This document shows, piece after piece, positions 23,700 to 37,325 of a stretch of DNA of 64,000 nucleotides. A model generated the notes under the pieces. The model did no database searches, was not told the DNA's origin, and was given only the letters and a program-made list of their open reading frames with translations. The stretch's first letter is position 1. The number at the start of each line of letters is the position of its first letter. Position numbers and translations under genes: made by a program. This DNA comes from Takakia lepidozioides (Eukaryota; Plantae; Bryophyta): contig CM060731.1 of NCBI GenBank assembly GCA_030704615.1, positions 21,576,001 through 21,640,000 of the forward strand. The letters run 5' to 3'.

Positions 23700-25625
23700 C
23701 TAATGACCTAGGTATTGGCTGATCTAATAAGGTGGATGGACCCTAAAGGCCATCGAAATCTGCATTTTCGCCAATGTCACATTGATCTATGTCCGCCACA
23801 ATCCTTTTTCCTCTTGGATCCTTCCGAAGGACTACCTTCCACTCCGAACTTGGGGACTCATCCGAAAAGAATACCTGTTCAACTTGAGATGGAAAGATGA
23901 ACGGCTGATCATTGGCAGGTAACATCCTCCCAAAATTTGCAAGTAGAAAACCATACGAATCCCGCTTCATTGTAGCATTTTGTCCAACGAGGTTGGCCCT
24001 CATCCAGGCACAACGAAATATAATGGGGTGCACTCGTCCAATTTGAAGATATCTTTGATGACCCCAACGCACTCTAATGGTGACATGACTGGATTTCTAT
24101 CACGCACACTATTTCTGCTCTGTTACTGGAAGACGGATGCAACTCCGGAATCAAAAGAGACAAGAAGACGACTCTCCGTGTCATCCACTCGATAATGATA
24201 TCATACGCCTTCATGCCACGAAATGAAGCTGATCTCAATGAGGGGGGAGTAGACAAATGAATTACATCCATATCCTCAACACCATGCTCAGAGACATGGG
24301 TATGGACTGCATGGCGTATCCATACCGGTAGGGGTGGAAACTCCAACAAATGGGGAGGGTATGGCACCGGAAGGCGGCGGTGACGTCGACGATTGGCACG
24401 CCACTCACGAGCACATGCCTCTCTATCTGCGGTGAACTGTGCCTTCTCTGTTGCATACTTTCTGTCACAAAATGGCAACAAGAATGACACATGTTAGCAA
24501 TGGAGTGTTGCATTACTTTGCAAAAAATACCTAGCATGAATGATACTTTGAAAACCACTGGATGAGTGAGCAGAATGACTTGTAAATGAACATGCTCTTC
24601 CAAAAAGTCACTCACTTAGACATTCAGTTACTACAGAAGTGGTTATCATCACGATGAACCACTGACATTTGTGACTTTGTGGGTGGTTCAATTACACTGG
24701 TGACAGTCACAATTGCATTTGAACTTGATATATATGAATAAGGTGCAATGAAAAAAAGAACTCACTGCACCCAAGGAACCATCACATTGGTATTGTTCAG
24801 CACATACAAATGTGTTGCATCTATCTCAGCTCCACTCATGTCCCGCTTTTTGCCGACACCTTCCAAGACCTCGTTCTCAACCCCTTCCTCCGCATTTGCA
24901 TCCCAAATCCGCCGTCGAGTTGCATCAAATGATTGCATATACTCATTCATGAACCCTATGGCCTCATCAAGAACATACCCTGCAGCCATACTCCCTTCTG
25001 GCTTTGCGTAATTCCTAATGTATCCCTTGAGATCTTTCATGTAACGCTCCATGGGATACATCCACCGTGAAGACACTGGACCACATGTGTCTAGTTCATC
25101 TACGAGATGAACTAGCAAATGGGTCATGACATCAAAGAAAGAAGGGGGAAACTCTTTCTCTAACAGACACAAGGTTATAGCAACATCCTCACGCAATGAA
25201 TCTATTTCATTAGGGTCAAATACTTTGGCACAAATCCGGCGGAAAATGTGACTCACACGCATAATGACCCCACGTGAGGCCCCCGCTATGCAATGACGAA
25301 TACACACAGGTAAAAACTGTTGCATTAAAACATGATAATCATGGGACTTCGTACTCGTCAAATGTTTCCTAGACGGGTGTATGTGTTTCTGAAATGCACC
25401 TGCAAATCCCGAAGGAGTTTTGATAGCCCCCAAAGTATCAAGAAATATTGTGATTTCAGCGGGAGTGAGAACATACGGTGTTGCTGGTTTCATGATACGT
25501 GAAGGGTTCTGTGGATCAGGCTGAAGCCACAAGTGACGTCTCATGCCGATTACCTCCATGTTGTCCTCACCTTCACCGTGTCTTTCCGTCCGAAAATTGT
25601 CTTCAACAAGTTTTCACAAAAATCT
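23700..25625 (-). pseudogene. CACTA TnpD-type transposase, 3' half (DUF4218 + DUF4216-like)
   Basis: KSHDYHVLMQQFLP..FPPSFFDVMTHLLVHLV..CGPVSSRWMYPMERYMKDLK..KPEGSM; downstream DSYGF..DQPFIFPSQVEQVFF..WKVV. Confidence 0.92.
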
Positions 25626-26712
25626 GAATGTGCACTTGTAGGGTTTAGTTAGGCTCAGTCTCTTTTCAATTTTGTTGAAGGAGAGTGCAGGTTCTATGGC
25701 AAAGAGTGAACGCAGCCCAAAACATTTGAACGACGATGGCACTAGAGGTGATTTGGCAAGAGCACCTGGTTCAGCAGAGAGCGAAAGTGGAGGAGAAGAT
25801 GAGTCACTTACCCCAGGAGAATGCGAAGGGATGGTAGAATATGAACGGTATCATGCTATCAGGGTACCTGCAAACAAAGCTTGGTTGTTGGATTGAAGCT
25901 CCAAGGGCACGGCACTGTAAGTCGAAGCTGTCTCCCTGCTCGAATATTGTTCATGCGATGATTCATTCCCTCCTTCATTGCATTGTTCCCTCCTTCCCTG
26001 CACTTGCAATGCGATCGTAGCACCTGAGCCGAGAGATGGCCTCCCCTGCGTTGCTTCCACGCCAGACTTACGTTTGTTTAGTTGAGGTCCCAAGAGCCCC
26101 TAGAAGAGTGCCATGTTAGCAGGATGTAGTGGTTATGGACACTAGTGTAGTGGTTAATATGTACCCTAATTTGTTTTTAAGAAAAAAACGACGTGTCCAC
26201 ATCCCATCTCCACCATAGGATGGACGTGGACCGTCGGATGCAACCCGGCACTCATGTCTCTCACGCGAGCGTACTAAGTGTGTGTGCTTCGCTTTTTGAG
26301 CTTCCTGGGCTTGTGAGGGCGTTTTGTTGTGAGTGACCCGGGCGATTGTGGGAGAGTAGAGAGAAAGAGAGACCCCCGCGTACTGCCCGCTATGTGTGGA
26401 ACAGCCCAGTGTGAAGGAGTACTCGTTTGAGGGAGAGGAGTCTTGTTCACATGGGGGTGACGGAGAAGGAGTCCAGCGACCAACCCGGGGGAGGATAGTG
26501 GAGCGACTCCCAGTGCTGACTACTCAGCAGAGAGCGAGAGCACAGACGAGGAGGAAGACCAGAGTGCTGAGAAGATCGTCGTTCGCATGACTCATTCCAA
26601 GTGGCCCTTAAGGACATCCACCCCAACCAAGGAGGGTAACAAGCTGGCGGTGGGATCCCTAAGACCCCTTCTGTCTCTGTCTCTATCTCTCTCCCTCTCT
26701 CACCCTTAGTTC

Positions 26713-28246
26713 ACATAGATGTGTCACTGTTAACGGACAGAAGTCCAACTTCTTTGACATAGACCAAGGTGTAGCTCAAGGATGTACTCTCTCCCCTCTG
26801 CTCTTCAATGTTTTCATCAATCAACTCCTCGAGGATGTGGAAAGTGAGGGATTTAGGGTTAAGGGTGGGTGATACCACCATACCAGCCCTTATGTTTGTG
26901 GATGACTTTGCAGGCATAGGAGAGACTCCAACCAATCTCCAGGAGTTGATTGATTGCGCGAAGAGATACTTTGATCTTTGGGGGCTAGAGACTAATGTCA
27001 GCAAATGTGCAGTGGTAGCATTCAACGACAGAGGAGAGGGAGGAAGTGATCTTAAGTGGCAGTGGGATACCCAAGAGATCCCGGTCCACCCTAAACCCTA
27101 CACTTACCTGGGCGTTCAGTTTTCCTCCAATTGTAATTGGGATGCACATATCCGGAAAGTTGTTCAAACTGGCAAAGGCAAAGGTCTGGGGCTCATTAAA
27201 TTTTTCCACTGCAGAGGGGTCAACTCTGAGGTTTAGAAAACCATGCTTTGTTGCGTTATTAGACTTGCATGGAAGTACGAATCTGCTATATGGGTTGATA
27301 ACTCCAACCAGGCTAAGTCTGTAGAATCCATTCAAGTGGGGGTGCTTAAGGAGTGTATGTCAGCATGCTCCAAAACAGCCAATGTGGCTGTTCAGGGTGA
27401 GTTTGGCATTCCGTCCTTAAGCTCCCGACGACATGAATTCAAGGTCAGATGGTGGGGTCAGCTGCAACATATGCCCAAGACCAGATATCCTAAGTTAATC
27501 GACTCTATATTTTGGAAACAGGACCGCCCTGTCAAACAGGCTAAGTCCTGGTAGAAGAGAGTAGAAGAGATTTTCAAGGACTTGGACCTGGATCCCCAAG
27601 TCTTGACCCTGCTGGATAAATCTGACTTAGAGGCTGTAGTGTCCAAAGCCATGTCTGTTGCCATGAGATTGTCTGATGAAAATGAAGTTAGGCAGAAAAC
27701 TTCCCTGAACTTGTTTCCAGTCAGTGACATGGGGTACGACATCTTGGATGACCTCAAGGGTTTACCCACTCTCGGCACTAGACTGAAATTTAAACTCAGG
27801 GCAGGAAGCCTACCTTTGAACAGCTAACAGAAGCAGAGAGGAAAGGGAGAGTGCAATTGTCCGTTGTGTGGGCAATCTGAAGACAATATTCATTTTCTGA
27901 TACAATGTCCGGGGTTCTCTCACCAAAGAGACGATCTCTTCAATTCTATCAAGGGAATTGTGCCTGTACCCCTGTTTACCAACTTTGAAAGTCTCGAGGC
28001 TGAGCCAAAAGCCCAGGCCCTCCTGAGGCCTAGTTTTTGGGCAAATCACACACATCAGATTGATGCTTGTGTGAAAGGATTTCTAGAGGATATCTGGAAA
28101 ACCCGGATTAATTCTTTATATGAAGGTAAGTCTTACTACCAACGTCAACCCCTGGCAGAGGTAGGTTCTGTTCCTTTGTTCCCGCTCAAACTGGGCGCGG
28201 GGTCAATGGCCACAAGGCTACGGCAAACAACGTCTTATGAGTACAA
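26713..28246 (+). mobile_element. 5'-truncated LINE (RT C-terminus + CCHC finger) inserted in the CACTA
   Basis: GVAQGCTLSPLLFN, FVDD, YTYLGV, CPLCGQSEDNIHFLIQCP. 15-bp TSD TCTCACCCTTAGTTC at 26698-26712 and 28247-28261. Confidence 0.92.
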
Positions 28247-29076
28247 TCTCACCCTTAGTTCCTCTCAGATTGTGGAAGCAAGTGAGCATTTGCATGATGT
28301 GTAGGGTTTAGGGTAGGGTTTTGTGTAAAGCAGAGGTAGAGGCAAAACCGAGCAAGGTTTAGGGTAAATCTAAGTGAGTAAGAGGCTGGGGTGTATGGCG
28401 GAGGAATGATCTTTGGAGTGATGAACTAATGGAGAAGGGAGTGTGTGGGGCTGGACTGAGAGTGAGGGAGAGGCTGGAGAATGGCTCATGAAATGTATAT
28501 GCTTACAGTGACTGAGATGGTGATTGGTTTATATAACCAAGCCTATTACTACTATGATTGGCTTGTGAACTTAAGGCATGAGTGGTTGATTGTTTCATTT
28601 CGAACCTGATATGCTTTGAGCCTGGTTCCGGAGATTTATCTCCAGACTTGCAATCAGCTTTTGTGATGAGTTTACAATCTGCATATATGGTGGTAAATGT
28701 TATATATCAAACCTTGGTTCTTTCCTAAATGTGAATGACCTCGAAACTTTGTTAGAAAGATGAATGGCTTACGAGTTGGACTATGTCTGGCTTGACTGCT
28801 GGGTTAAATTTCAAAGGGTTAGAACATGTGTTAGGGTTTTAATACTGAATGGACGTGGGACATTGCTAGGGCGCCAGAGCATGACATTCCATGCATTCAC
28901 GCCATTGGATGCCAAACTTTTCTTGGCACGTTGGGCCAAGGTTTGTATGCGTTCACGAACTGCCGACCTTGCTCGTTGCCCGGTTGGCCTTATTTTCCAT
29001 CATTGCTAACTTTGTGGGGTGGAGGGGCTTGTGTTAGGCTGCATCAAAGCGCGCAAAGGAAGGGGGGACTGAGGCT

Positions 29077-30622
29077 GTGGCAAATGCTACTGGTCCACCT
29101 ACGACATGGGTGCAACAAGGCCCGAATGGCCTATGGGTGCAATCCAAAGGTGGGCAAACGTGGCTGCAGCAAAGAGCACCTACCTGGCAGCAGCCCATGG
29201 CCCCTCCACAGACGACGAACACGTGGTCATGGATTCCAAGTGGGTCCAATGGAGGACCCCAAGGAGCTTGGGTACAAGGAGGTGCCCAAACTTGGGGCCC
29301 TCCATGCAACACCGCTGGTGGGCAGTGGACAGGCCCCCCTTTTAATGGTGTTGCTCCTCCATTCACCCCCCCCCTGCTGGTGATGATCAAGATTCCACAC
29401 AGCAAGGGGATGTGGCGTCGCAGGCTGCAAACAAAAAAAGACAAAAAAGGTTGGCTGCAAAGGAACATGAAACTGATGCGAAAGCCCGCAAATCTGTTGG
29501 GCTGAAGCCGCACAACAACTAAACTCTAAGGGGGAAGTAGACCAGGGGTGTGAGGGGAAGGATTACTGGCAGAGCTCCTTGCGGGGACTCTGCATCAGAT
29601 ATCTTGATCCTAGCATTTTGCTAGCAGACAAGCAGGAACCCAGTGACATGGCCAAGATTAAGGAATCCATGGACGCGGATTTTGAGTACTATACTAAACT
29701 TATGAGCGTTGACAAGTTCCAGAAAGCACGTGGGAGGATTATAAAAGTACACCGCCAAAAGTTAAAGCTGGTGTGGTTGGCTGGAGGTCCATGCCCTCCT
29801 CCGAGTGTAGAGTCCTGCCATTGGGATGCATTGGTGAAGTACTGGGATTCCCCCAAGGGCAAGAAAGAGAGTGAGAACATGAAGAGAGCACGATCCAATG
29901 TTACCAACCCATCGAGGGTTGGAAGAGCAGGGTTGGCTGGACAGGCCCGACGCTTGGTAATATGAATATCTGTACCATATTTTAGTATATGTATATATCT
30001 ATATGTATGTACATATATACACATGTATGTGATCATGGAGTAGGATACCATCTCTGCCCTGTGAGGTAGTTGCAAACTGTCACTACAGTCATTCCTTTGT
30101 AAACGCCCCACTTGTTTGGATGAATAGGGGCTAATTTTTTTTTGTTGTGGCCCTAGCAGAAGAAAAAGAGAGCACGAAGTCCAAGCATCACTGAGCTGGC
30201 ACACGCATCAAAGGCGGACAAGGGTTTAGGCTCCCAGTCAATTGGAGGTGCACAGGTAAATGACGTGTGGGTATTTTTTTTGTTGTTGCATTCATTTTGC
30301 TGGAGCAATAGCCAGGCCATGCGGGCTGATTATGTGTCTTTCTTTGGCTGTATAGGGAGGGAGCAGTGCGATGCAGTCTCGACTGTCGTCCCTTGAGGGC
30401 AGTGTGCTTGCCTTGGCAGACATTCAGATCCCGACGATTGAGGGTGAATTGGCCACTATAAAAGCAGAAGTTGCTAAGGCTTCTGCGGACAATAGCAAAA
30501 AACTGGATGCATTGATGGCAATGATGTTGGGAATGTCAGCAACTGCCCCTCCTCCAACTACTATCCCAATATGTACTGTTATTGAACCTTGCGATTCCGA
30601 CGCAGGCTTGGAAGGCAATTAA
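29077..30622 (+). pseudogene. CACTA TnpA-like (Ptta/En/Spm) second gene
   Basis: G/Q/P/W-rich N-terminus, then HWDALVKYWDSPKGKKESENMKRARS..SRVGRAG, then a coiled-coil exon at 30371..30622. Confidence 0.75.
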
Positions 30623-32269
30623 CCACTGTGACATGTCAATGAGGTAAACCAACCATTTATGGCGTGTCACAGTGGTAAACTGACGTGTCATAGTGGTAAA
30701 GTAACCACTTCCGTTTTGTAGTGGAGACGTGTAAACCGGTGGTCCGTGGATGATATTGGAGATTATGTCGACACGTGGCGACACTCTCAGCATGGACACG
30801 TGTTGTGTGTCAGTGCTACGAAATGGATGGAGTGAAAAATTCAATGACTTCCGAAACCACTTGTTGAGTGACCACAAAATGACTCATAGAGTCATTCTAT
30901 GAAAACTGAGAATATACAATATCACTCATAGAGTGGTTATGTGAGTGGATGACATCTCTCAGCAGGTCATTGGAATGATTACCCACAGAGTGGTGTGTAA
31001 GCTATTTGAGTCATTCATGGTGTCTCTCTTAGTGGGAACTATGGATTGGAGTCATTACTAACAGAGTGGTATGTAAGTGATTAGGAATACCACTAGAGGA
31101 ATTCATACCACTAGTACAGTAATATATATGTGACTACTTATACCACTATACAACTGGTAATGTAGGCAATTGTGTGCATTTGGCTACTCCCACAGTTTTA
31201 AATTATACCACTATTACAGTGATGTGCAAGTGATTAAGAACATGACTAGAGGAACACATAGCACTAGTGTAGTGTTTTGTGACACGTCAGCTAACAGGTG
31301 GACCCGGACGTGAGTGGTTCGAACCACTGTCCTTAACCACCCGTGCCACGTAATGTCTTTTACCACTCACTTGTCCTAATGCACTGGTTCTTCATCACTC
31401 TGGGGCCAGAGCGGTTTAGTGTCTTTTACCACTCAAAGTGAGTGGTTAACAGAGTGGTTATTCCGCATTTTTCTTCTAGTGGAAGCTCTGGCCATATACA
31501 TGAGTCCTCTGAAGTGGTGACACAGATGAGCCCGTGGTGAGCCCAAGTGTTCCTGAATTTCTCGTAGATGGTAGGAGCTCCCTGCGAATTGCGTTGCATA
31601 TCTACACAGAGTTTAATCCAGGCTTTGCGTGACTCGATGCTCAAATCATAGAAAACAAGGGCCAAAATGGTGGAGATTGAGGAGGTGGAGTTAGAGAATG
31701 ATTTTGATCATTTGACTTTCCAAAGATGCCACAAGACTGAGCCCCTAAGAGATTCAAACACAGGGCAGGAGATGGCTTTTTGCTTAGTGAGGGGGTCATA
31801 GTTTAGCAACAGGTCCGTGACCGAGAGACACCTTGGGCTACAGTGATGGTAGAAACCTTTGATGAAGGGCCATATGTTCCTAGGGGCTAGGCAGGTAAGA
31901 AGCGCATGCTCTATAGATTCCAGAATACCTGTTGGACAGCATTGGCAAAGGATGGCTGAATTGAAGCCATTCTCAGACCTTAAGCACTTTGTTGGTGATC
32001 TGCCAGAGAAGGGCCGCCACCTTGGCCGGGCGGGTCTTGATCCAAACCGAAGCCCAGATTATTGACCATTTTTCGTTTTGGAACCCATGGTGTTGCCATC
32101 TTGTATCCCATTTGGACTGGGGGGATGTTAAACTGTGAGCGGCTCATGTGAGCGGAAAGATTCGTGAGCGAGAAGATACCAATCTGTGAGCGGTAAGATT
32201 CTCATGGATAAGGATGAATGTCACCGCAAGGGCCTATAACCGCGGATGAGGAGTGTGAAGGCCCGAACC

Positions 32270-33700
32270 TGTTCCAAGCTGAGTGAGGTCAACAACTTGG
32301 GACCCTCAACATTATAAGACTCGATGACTGTCTGCATGAATGCATGACTCTTTTCCCGTGCACCTCTGGACATGGCTCCCCGGAAGTCCGCAGCACAGTA
32401 AGTGAGGCGTCCACGTAGTTGTAGATGAAATCATCATCCACCGGATCGCAGGACGAGTCAACATGCGTTCCCCTTTTCAGGACCTGGAACTCCTTCACGG
32501 ATGTCGGTGTGTATGGGTGGCGTTCTCTTACGAGACAGTGTGCATCAAAAGCTCGTGTCTACGAAATGAAAACACCGGACTCAGTGAAGTGAGCACCGAG
32601 GCTACATCAAGGTAGGTAGTAGAGGATAACCTTGCACCATGATTGCGTCAACGCAAGGATGGAAGAGGAGATTGACAACGCAAAAGGAAAATAAAGCTAT
32701 CCAAACATGGGAAACATTGCCACAAGATTGAATGAAATGGAGGATACGACATACCTTCTGGCTAGGGAAGTCCCCCTTTGTAAGTGGGAGACTGTTAACT
32801 CCATTCCAACTTTTAATCACCTTCATCCCACCAGACTTCAGAAAACTGGACAGTAGTCGTCGGCACTTTGCATTGGCTGCTTGTAGGCACCCATTGTCAG
32901 CCAAGAAGTTCCCACAAAATTTGAAGACCCAGGGCCAATAACGCTCGTCCCATTCATTCCAGGCTGGAATGACACCTATCAAAGATCTGGGACTGGAAGC
33001 CCGTCTGGAATGTCCACAACAACGAGCTCGCAGGCAAAGGGTTTTTTCTCTCCGTTCACCCAAGATGGACCTTTCCCAGCCTTCACACCCAAAAAACACA
33101 ATCCAACTTATAGGAAATGTGAACACACTGCAAAAACAAAATGACAAGTAGGGTGGAATGGATAAGGAATTTACCAGAGTGAGCTCGAGGAATGAAGACA
33201 GTGTCTCCCAAGTCGGGGACTTCTCTTTGACTGTGTCACCTTTCCTCCTTGATTCCATCATGTCCAAGAAGCTTTCGTTGACTGTCTTGTGTTGGTATCT
33301 CGTGGCCACACCTCTGCCAGGGTTAGGTAGGGCCTCGTATGGCTCGTCTGACAGAGCCAGCTGTGACCCCCTCTAAGCCCCTCCTGCCACAGCAGCCGCT
33401 GCCTGACTTTGTTCGCCCTCTTTCTTTTTATCCTTCTTCTTTCCACCCTTCTTTTTCGGGATTCACAACTGGTTCCTTTGCTCTAAGAAGACAGAGATCT
33501 CTCAATTGCAGTTGCCTATCCGTCAGAGGAGCAAGAGCCTCTGCATTGTCATTCAAATTTTGAAGGACGTTCCCCTCCCAGGGTGTCATTGTTTCGGGCA
33601 ATCAAGGTACCAGCCACAGTCTTTGAAATGAGACCTGCTCTAGTCCTCCAGAATTCCCACTGTATACATAGTTGTGTCGGGATTTGTCTTTGCCCAGCTG
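32270..33700 (-). pseudogene. MULE-associated gene with a beta-class N4/N6 amino-MTase-like fold (frameshifted)
   Basis: Manual translation gives CELVVVDIPDGLPVP (DIPD at 33003-33014)..IPAWN..VFKFCGNFLADNG..WNGVNSLPL..PSQK, then intron 32559-32754, then TRAF..YNYV..RGAREKSHAFMQTVIES..EG..VVDLT. Confidence 0.65.
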
Positions 33701-34079
33701 TCAATGAAGAATGGTTAGGAGCTTAGAAACCCCCCTGGAAAAAACACTCTGTGACAATATCTGCGGCGACAGCAACAACAAAAATCAAGAGAAGTAAAAG
33801 GAAGACATGAATGCAGGTACCAAACCTTCGCTGTAACACTTAACAAAACACAATCCAAGTGCAGGCTACACTCATCCTTGTGTCAACGAAAGCCTCATTC
33901 CGGTTCTGAAACAAGAGTCTTGACACCTAAGAAATCTTTTTCTCACTCAAGGTTTTGGCTGCCATCAAACAGGCTTGCGTCAACACAAGCCTGATGCAGA
34001 CCCGTAAAAGACCCCTGCCTCACAGTTTTTGCACAAAGGAAACACAGAATACATGCACTTAAAATCCTCACAACATACC

Positions 34080-36660
34080 CCTTCCCAATACTTGGTTCGA
34101 TCTACCAATACACTCCAAGTAACACTTCATTCATCTGCAGGTTCTGCAAATTGGTCCCCACATGCATTGCCACCTACAAGGCTCGCATGTACTACGTTCT
34201 TCATCGTTACCAGACCCTTACTGGGGCTTGTATACATCTCGGAAATCACGATCACCCCGTGTGCAAAGGAGATTGCAGGGAAAGTATAGATACGGTACTG
34301 GGACTCCTGCAGCAGGAAGTTCACAACGCTCCCAATGCTTCGCCGTCAGTCATTGCACTTGCAGCAAGCAAGACGTTCTTGCAAAAAAATATTCTTGGAG
34401 AACCAGACGATATCTTAGCCAGGCTGGACTCCTCAAAGTTGGATGTTGTTATGGATCATTTTTCTACATTGAGCTTGCCCAATGTCCGGAATCACATCAA
34501 CGCACTGCGAATGGGCCCAGGGAACAGAGGTTCTCTTGATAGCATTTTGGACTTGAAGCGTAGAAGAAAATATGACTTTATTTAAGATAGTGTCTTCCCA
34601 GGCTAGGGATCCTTGAAAGTGTACTTGTTCAAAATGTCCACGGTGGGGGAGGGTAGTGGAGTTAGCCTGGTCCGAAGAATGAAATCATGGCTCATGTTCG
34701 ACCATGTCAAACGTGTTAAAGACTGGACAACCATGGCTTGTCATGTGTATGATCCCACTTACCAAAGAGTCATGACTATAGCCGATTGCGACATGCAATC
34801 CGAGGACACAAAATCTCAAATTCTGATGTGGAGGTCTCTTGTGAACATCATGAATTTGAATGGTGTGCCTGATCCAAACTTCAATGGATTCATGGCTGAC
34901 AGCGCCCAGGCAAACTGGAATGCAATACGGTGTGTGTTTGGATCTGGAGACCCCAAAACACCTATGGCAGGAAGGAAGCGCATTTGTCTCTTTCATTGGA
35001 CGCAGTCCCTTCGAAGGCATACAAAGAGTTGCATAAAAGTGGAATTGCAGGACGAGCACATGAGACTATGTCGCTTGTACAAAGATGCAAGGATGGAACA
35101 TGAGACAAACTCCCTGTATCAAACTATCCGGGCATGGTGGTACTCCTCGGATGCATCAAGCTAGGAAGGCCTCAAAGAGCTGGACGACTGGTTTGGGTTT
35201 TGGCATTTTCGATACAGACAGTGGGGGGGTTTCATGACAACAGTAAGTTCTAGGAGTTTGAGGGTTTTGTTTCTACATTTATCTTGAGGGAAAGGTTCAT
35301 TTGATGCCTACTATTGTCCAGTAAAACTGCACTCAAAACATGAAAACTCAATGCAAAATCTGGTGGCTGGCAGGATATGACGCTTGAGGATATTGCGGAT
35401 ATGCCCTCCTGCAATCTTTCGGAGACAGTGCACAGTGTTTGGATGAAGCAATCCGGGAAGAACGGGCGGGATCTGTACGTTGCCACAGCTGATGACTTGG
35501 TCCGCGCGCTCTCGCAACAAACACGGTACCGGGATTTCCTTCGGGGACGGGGTGCAGGCAAGGGGCCAGACAGGGCAGAGTTGCTGCTCAAGGCTGCAAA
35601 CAGATTGAAAGACCTTACTAAGATAGCACGGGCTGTGAATGGGTGCACAATGGGAACACTATTGCAGTCACGGCTTGCACATCTGGAAAGAGAGGAGAGG
35701 TTTGGTTCGTGCAAAAGAAAACTTAACACCCCACCAGGCTCGGATGCAGATTCACACCGGCACGATCGGGATAACTTTTCAGTACCACGTGTGCATGTCA
35801 GCCCCACTTTCGTGGGTGCCACCCCCTTTGTGGGGGAGTCGTCATCGCCTTCGTTCCCTCGGGAGTCTCCAACCACCACAGTCCCCGGGGAAGGGGAGAA
35901 CATGTTGCCGGTACAGGAGTCGGACTGTACTGACGCAATGTGGCATATAGAACGGACTCCCCATGGATCAAAAGTCAAATGTGCCGCTATTAGGGCACCC
36001 TCGTTTTAAAAGTACAAGTCCCAAATTTCCAAAGGGACTTGCGGTACTCCTGCCCAGACATTCATCGGGTTGTTCAAGCATTACCAGTCGCGGGAGTCTA
36101 GACCTCACAAGTTTTGGTTCTGCCCGGATGACATTGTGCGCTGTGTCATGGGGATTGTTCGGGAATCTGTGATAATGAAGCCTCAAATTCCAGCCATGTG
36201 GCCAGTGAAGTTTGGAACCGCACTCTCCAAACTGGAGATTGACATGCTGGAGGAGGCCGGGTTTTGCCTTCCCAGAGCCCCTTCTATCCTAACACTGGTT
36301 GACCCAATGTCATTCCCTTCCAACTTTACGGCACGTCCTCGACATGGCAACGATAGGCCCACAAAAAGGAATGGAAAGGCGGTACGTTTGGTTGAGGCTG
36401 GTGCAGACAATGAGTGCAAGATGGAGTCTGCTAAAACCCTGCAGTGTCGCGTCACCCAAATTGTGAATGTTCCCTTGCCAAGGTATGGGCGGGTGTACAC
36501 CATGGCGACCTCTGGATCGGTTGTTCATGACCGGACCTAGATTACTATTGGCGATTTCCCTAATTGCACTTGTCCGGACTTTCAGAACACACTTTCAAGC
36601 TCTCTTGGCAAGAGAGTAAAATTTGTCCCGTACAAGCATCTGTACTACCACTACAACAGA
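34080..36660 (+). pseudogene. Mutator-like (MULE) transposase with C-terminal SWIM finger; 5' part missing
   Basis: FDHVKR (D), FMADSAQANWNA (D), CLFHW (CxxH), CNLSETVH (E), then PNCTCPDF..KHLYY. Contains in-frame stops. Confidence 0.85.
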
Positions 36661-37325
36661 TCCCGGCTTTAACGTCTACCACATTTGCTCAGTCGTAGCA
36701 TATATGTCTGCAAAATGCAAGGGGGCAGTTCTAGATGCCACTTGTGACCACCAGAAGACGTATATGCCATTGTGTGCCTCCGCCACGTCAGGATCTGCGG
36801 TCAAACACACTTGACCAGATAGATTGAGATGGTAGATACGACTACGAGTCATGGCCAAAACTACACTATGATGACATGGACATTGCAATGTATGACTGTT
36901 AGTATTCACGACTACACGTGGCGATTTCTGGTTGCCCAAGGAATGTCTATGTGGAAAATGCAAAGATAAATGGATGAAATAGAACGAGGATGTGACAACA
37001 AATGACGACGTGTCTACATATCATTGCTCGCATGGTTGAAATATTGTGGTGTATTGGATGCAAGTGCATCTAACAGCTGCAACTGATACGACTTCGAGGG
37101 TGACGTGGACTTATTGGTGATTTAAACTCCACAATTATATTTTAAATTCATGTGATTTGAAATATATATTAGTAATTAACTACTCATTTAATGACTATGA
37201 ATATATTTATATATACAAATATATAAAGCTAAAAATACCTTCACATATTAACATGAAATATAGAATTATTTTATATATTGTTAGGGTGCAAAACGTTCAA
37301 AACTTCAAAATGTTGGCTTGAATTT

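Larger units (their letters stand above)
22892..31481. mobile_element. CACTA transposon with both termini, internally deleted, carrying a nested LINE
   Basis: TIRs CACTAGAAGAAAAAYGYGGAATAACCA at both ends. 3-bp TSD GAA (22889-22891 and 31482-31484). Dense ACCACT/AGTGGT subterminal repeats. Confidence 0.95.
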
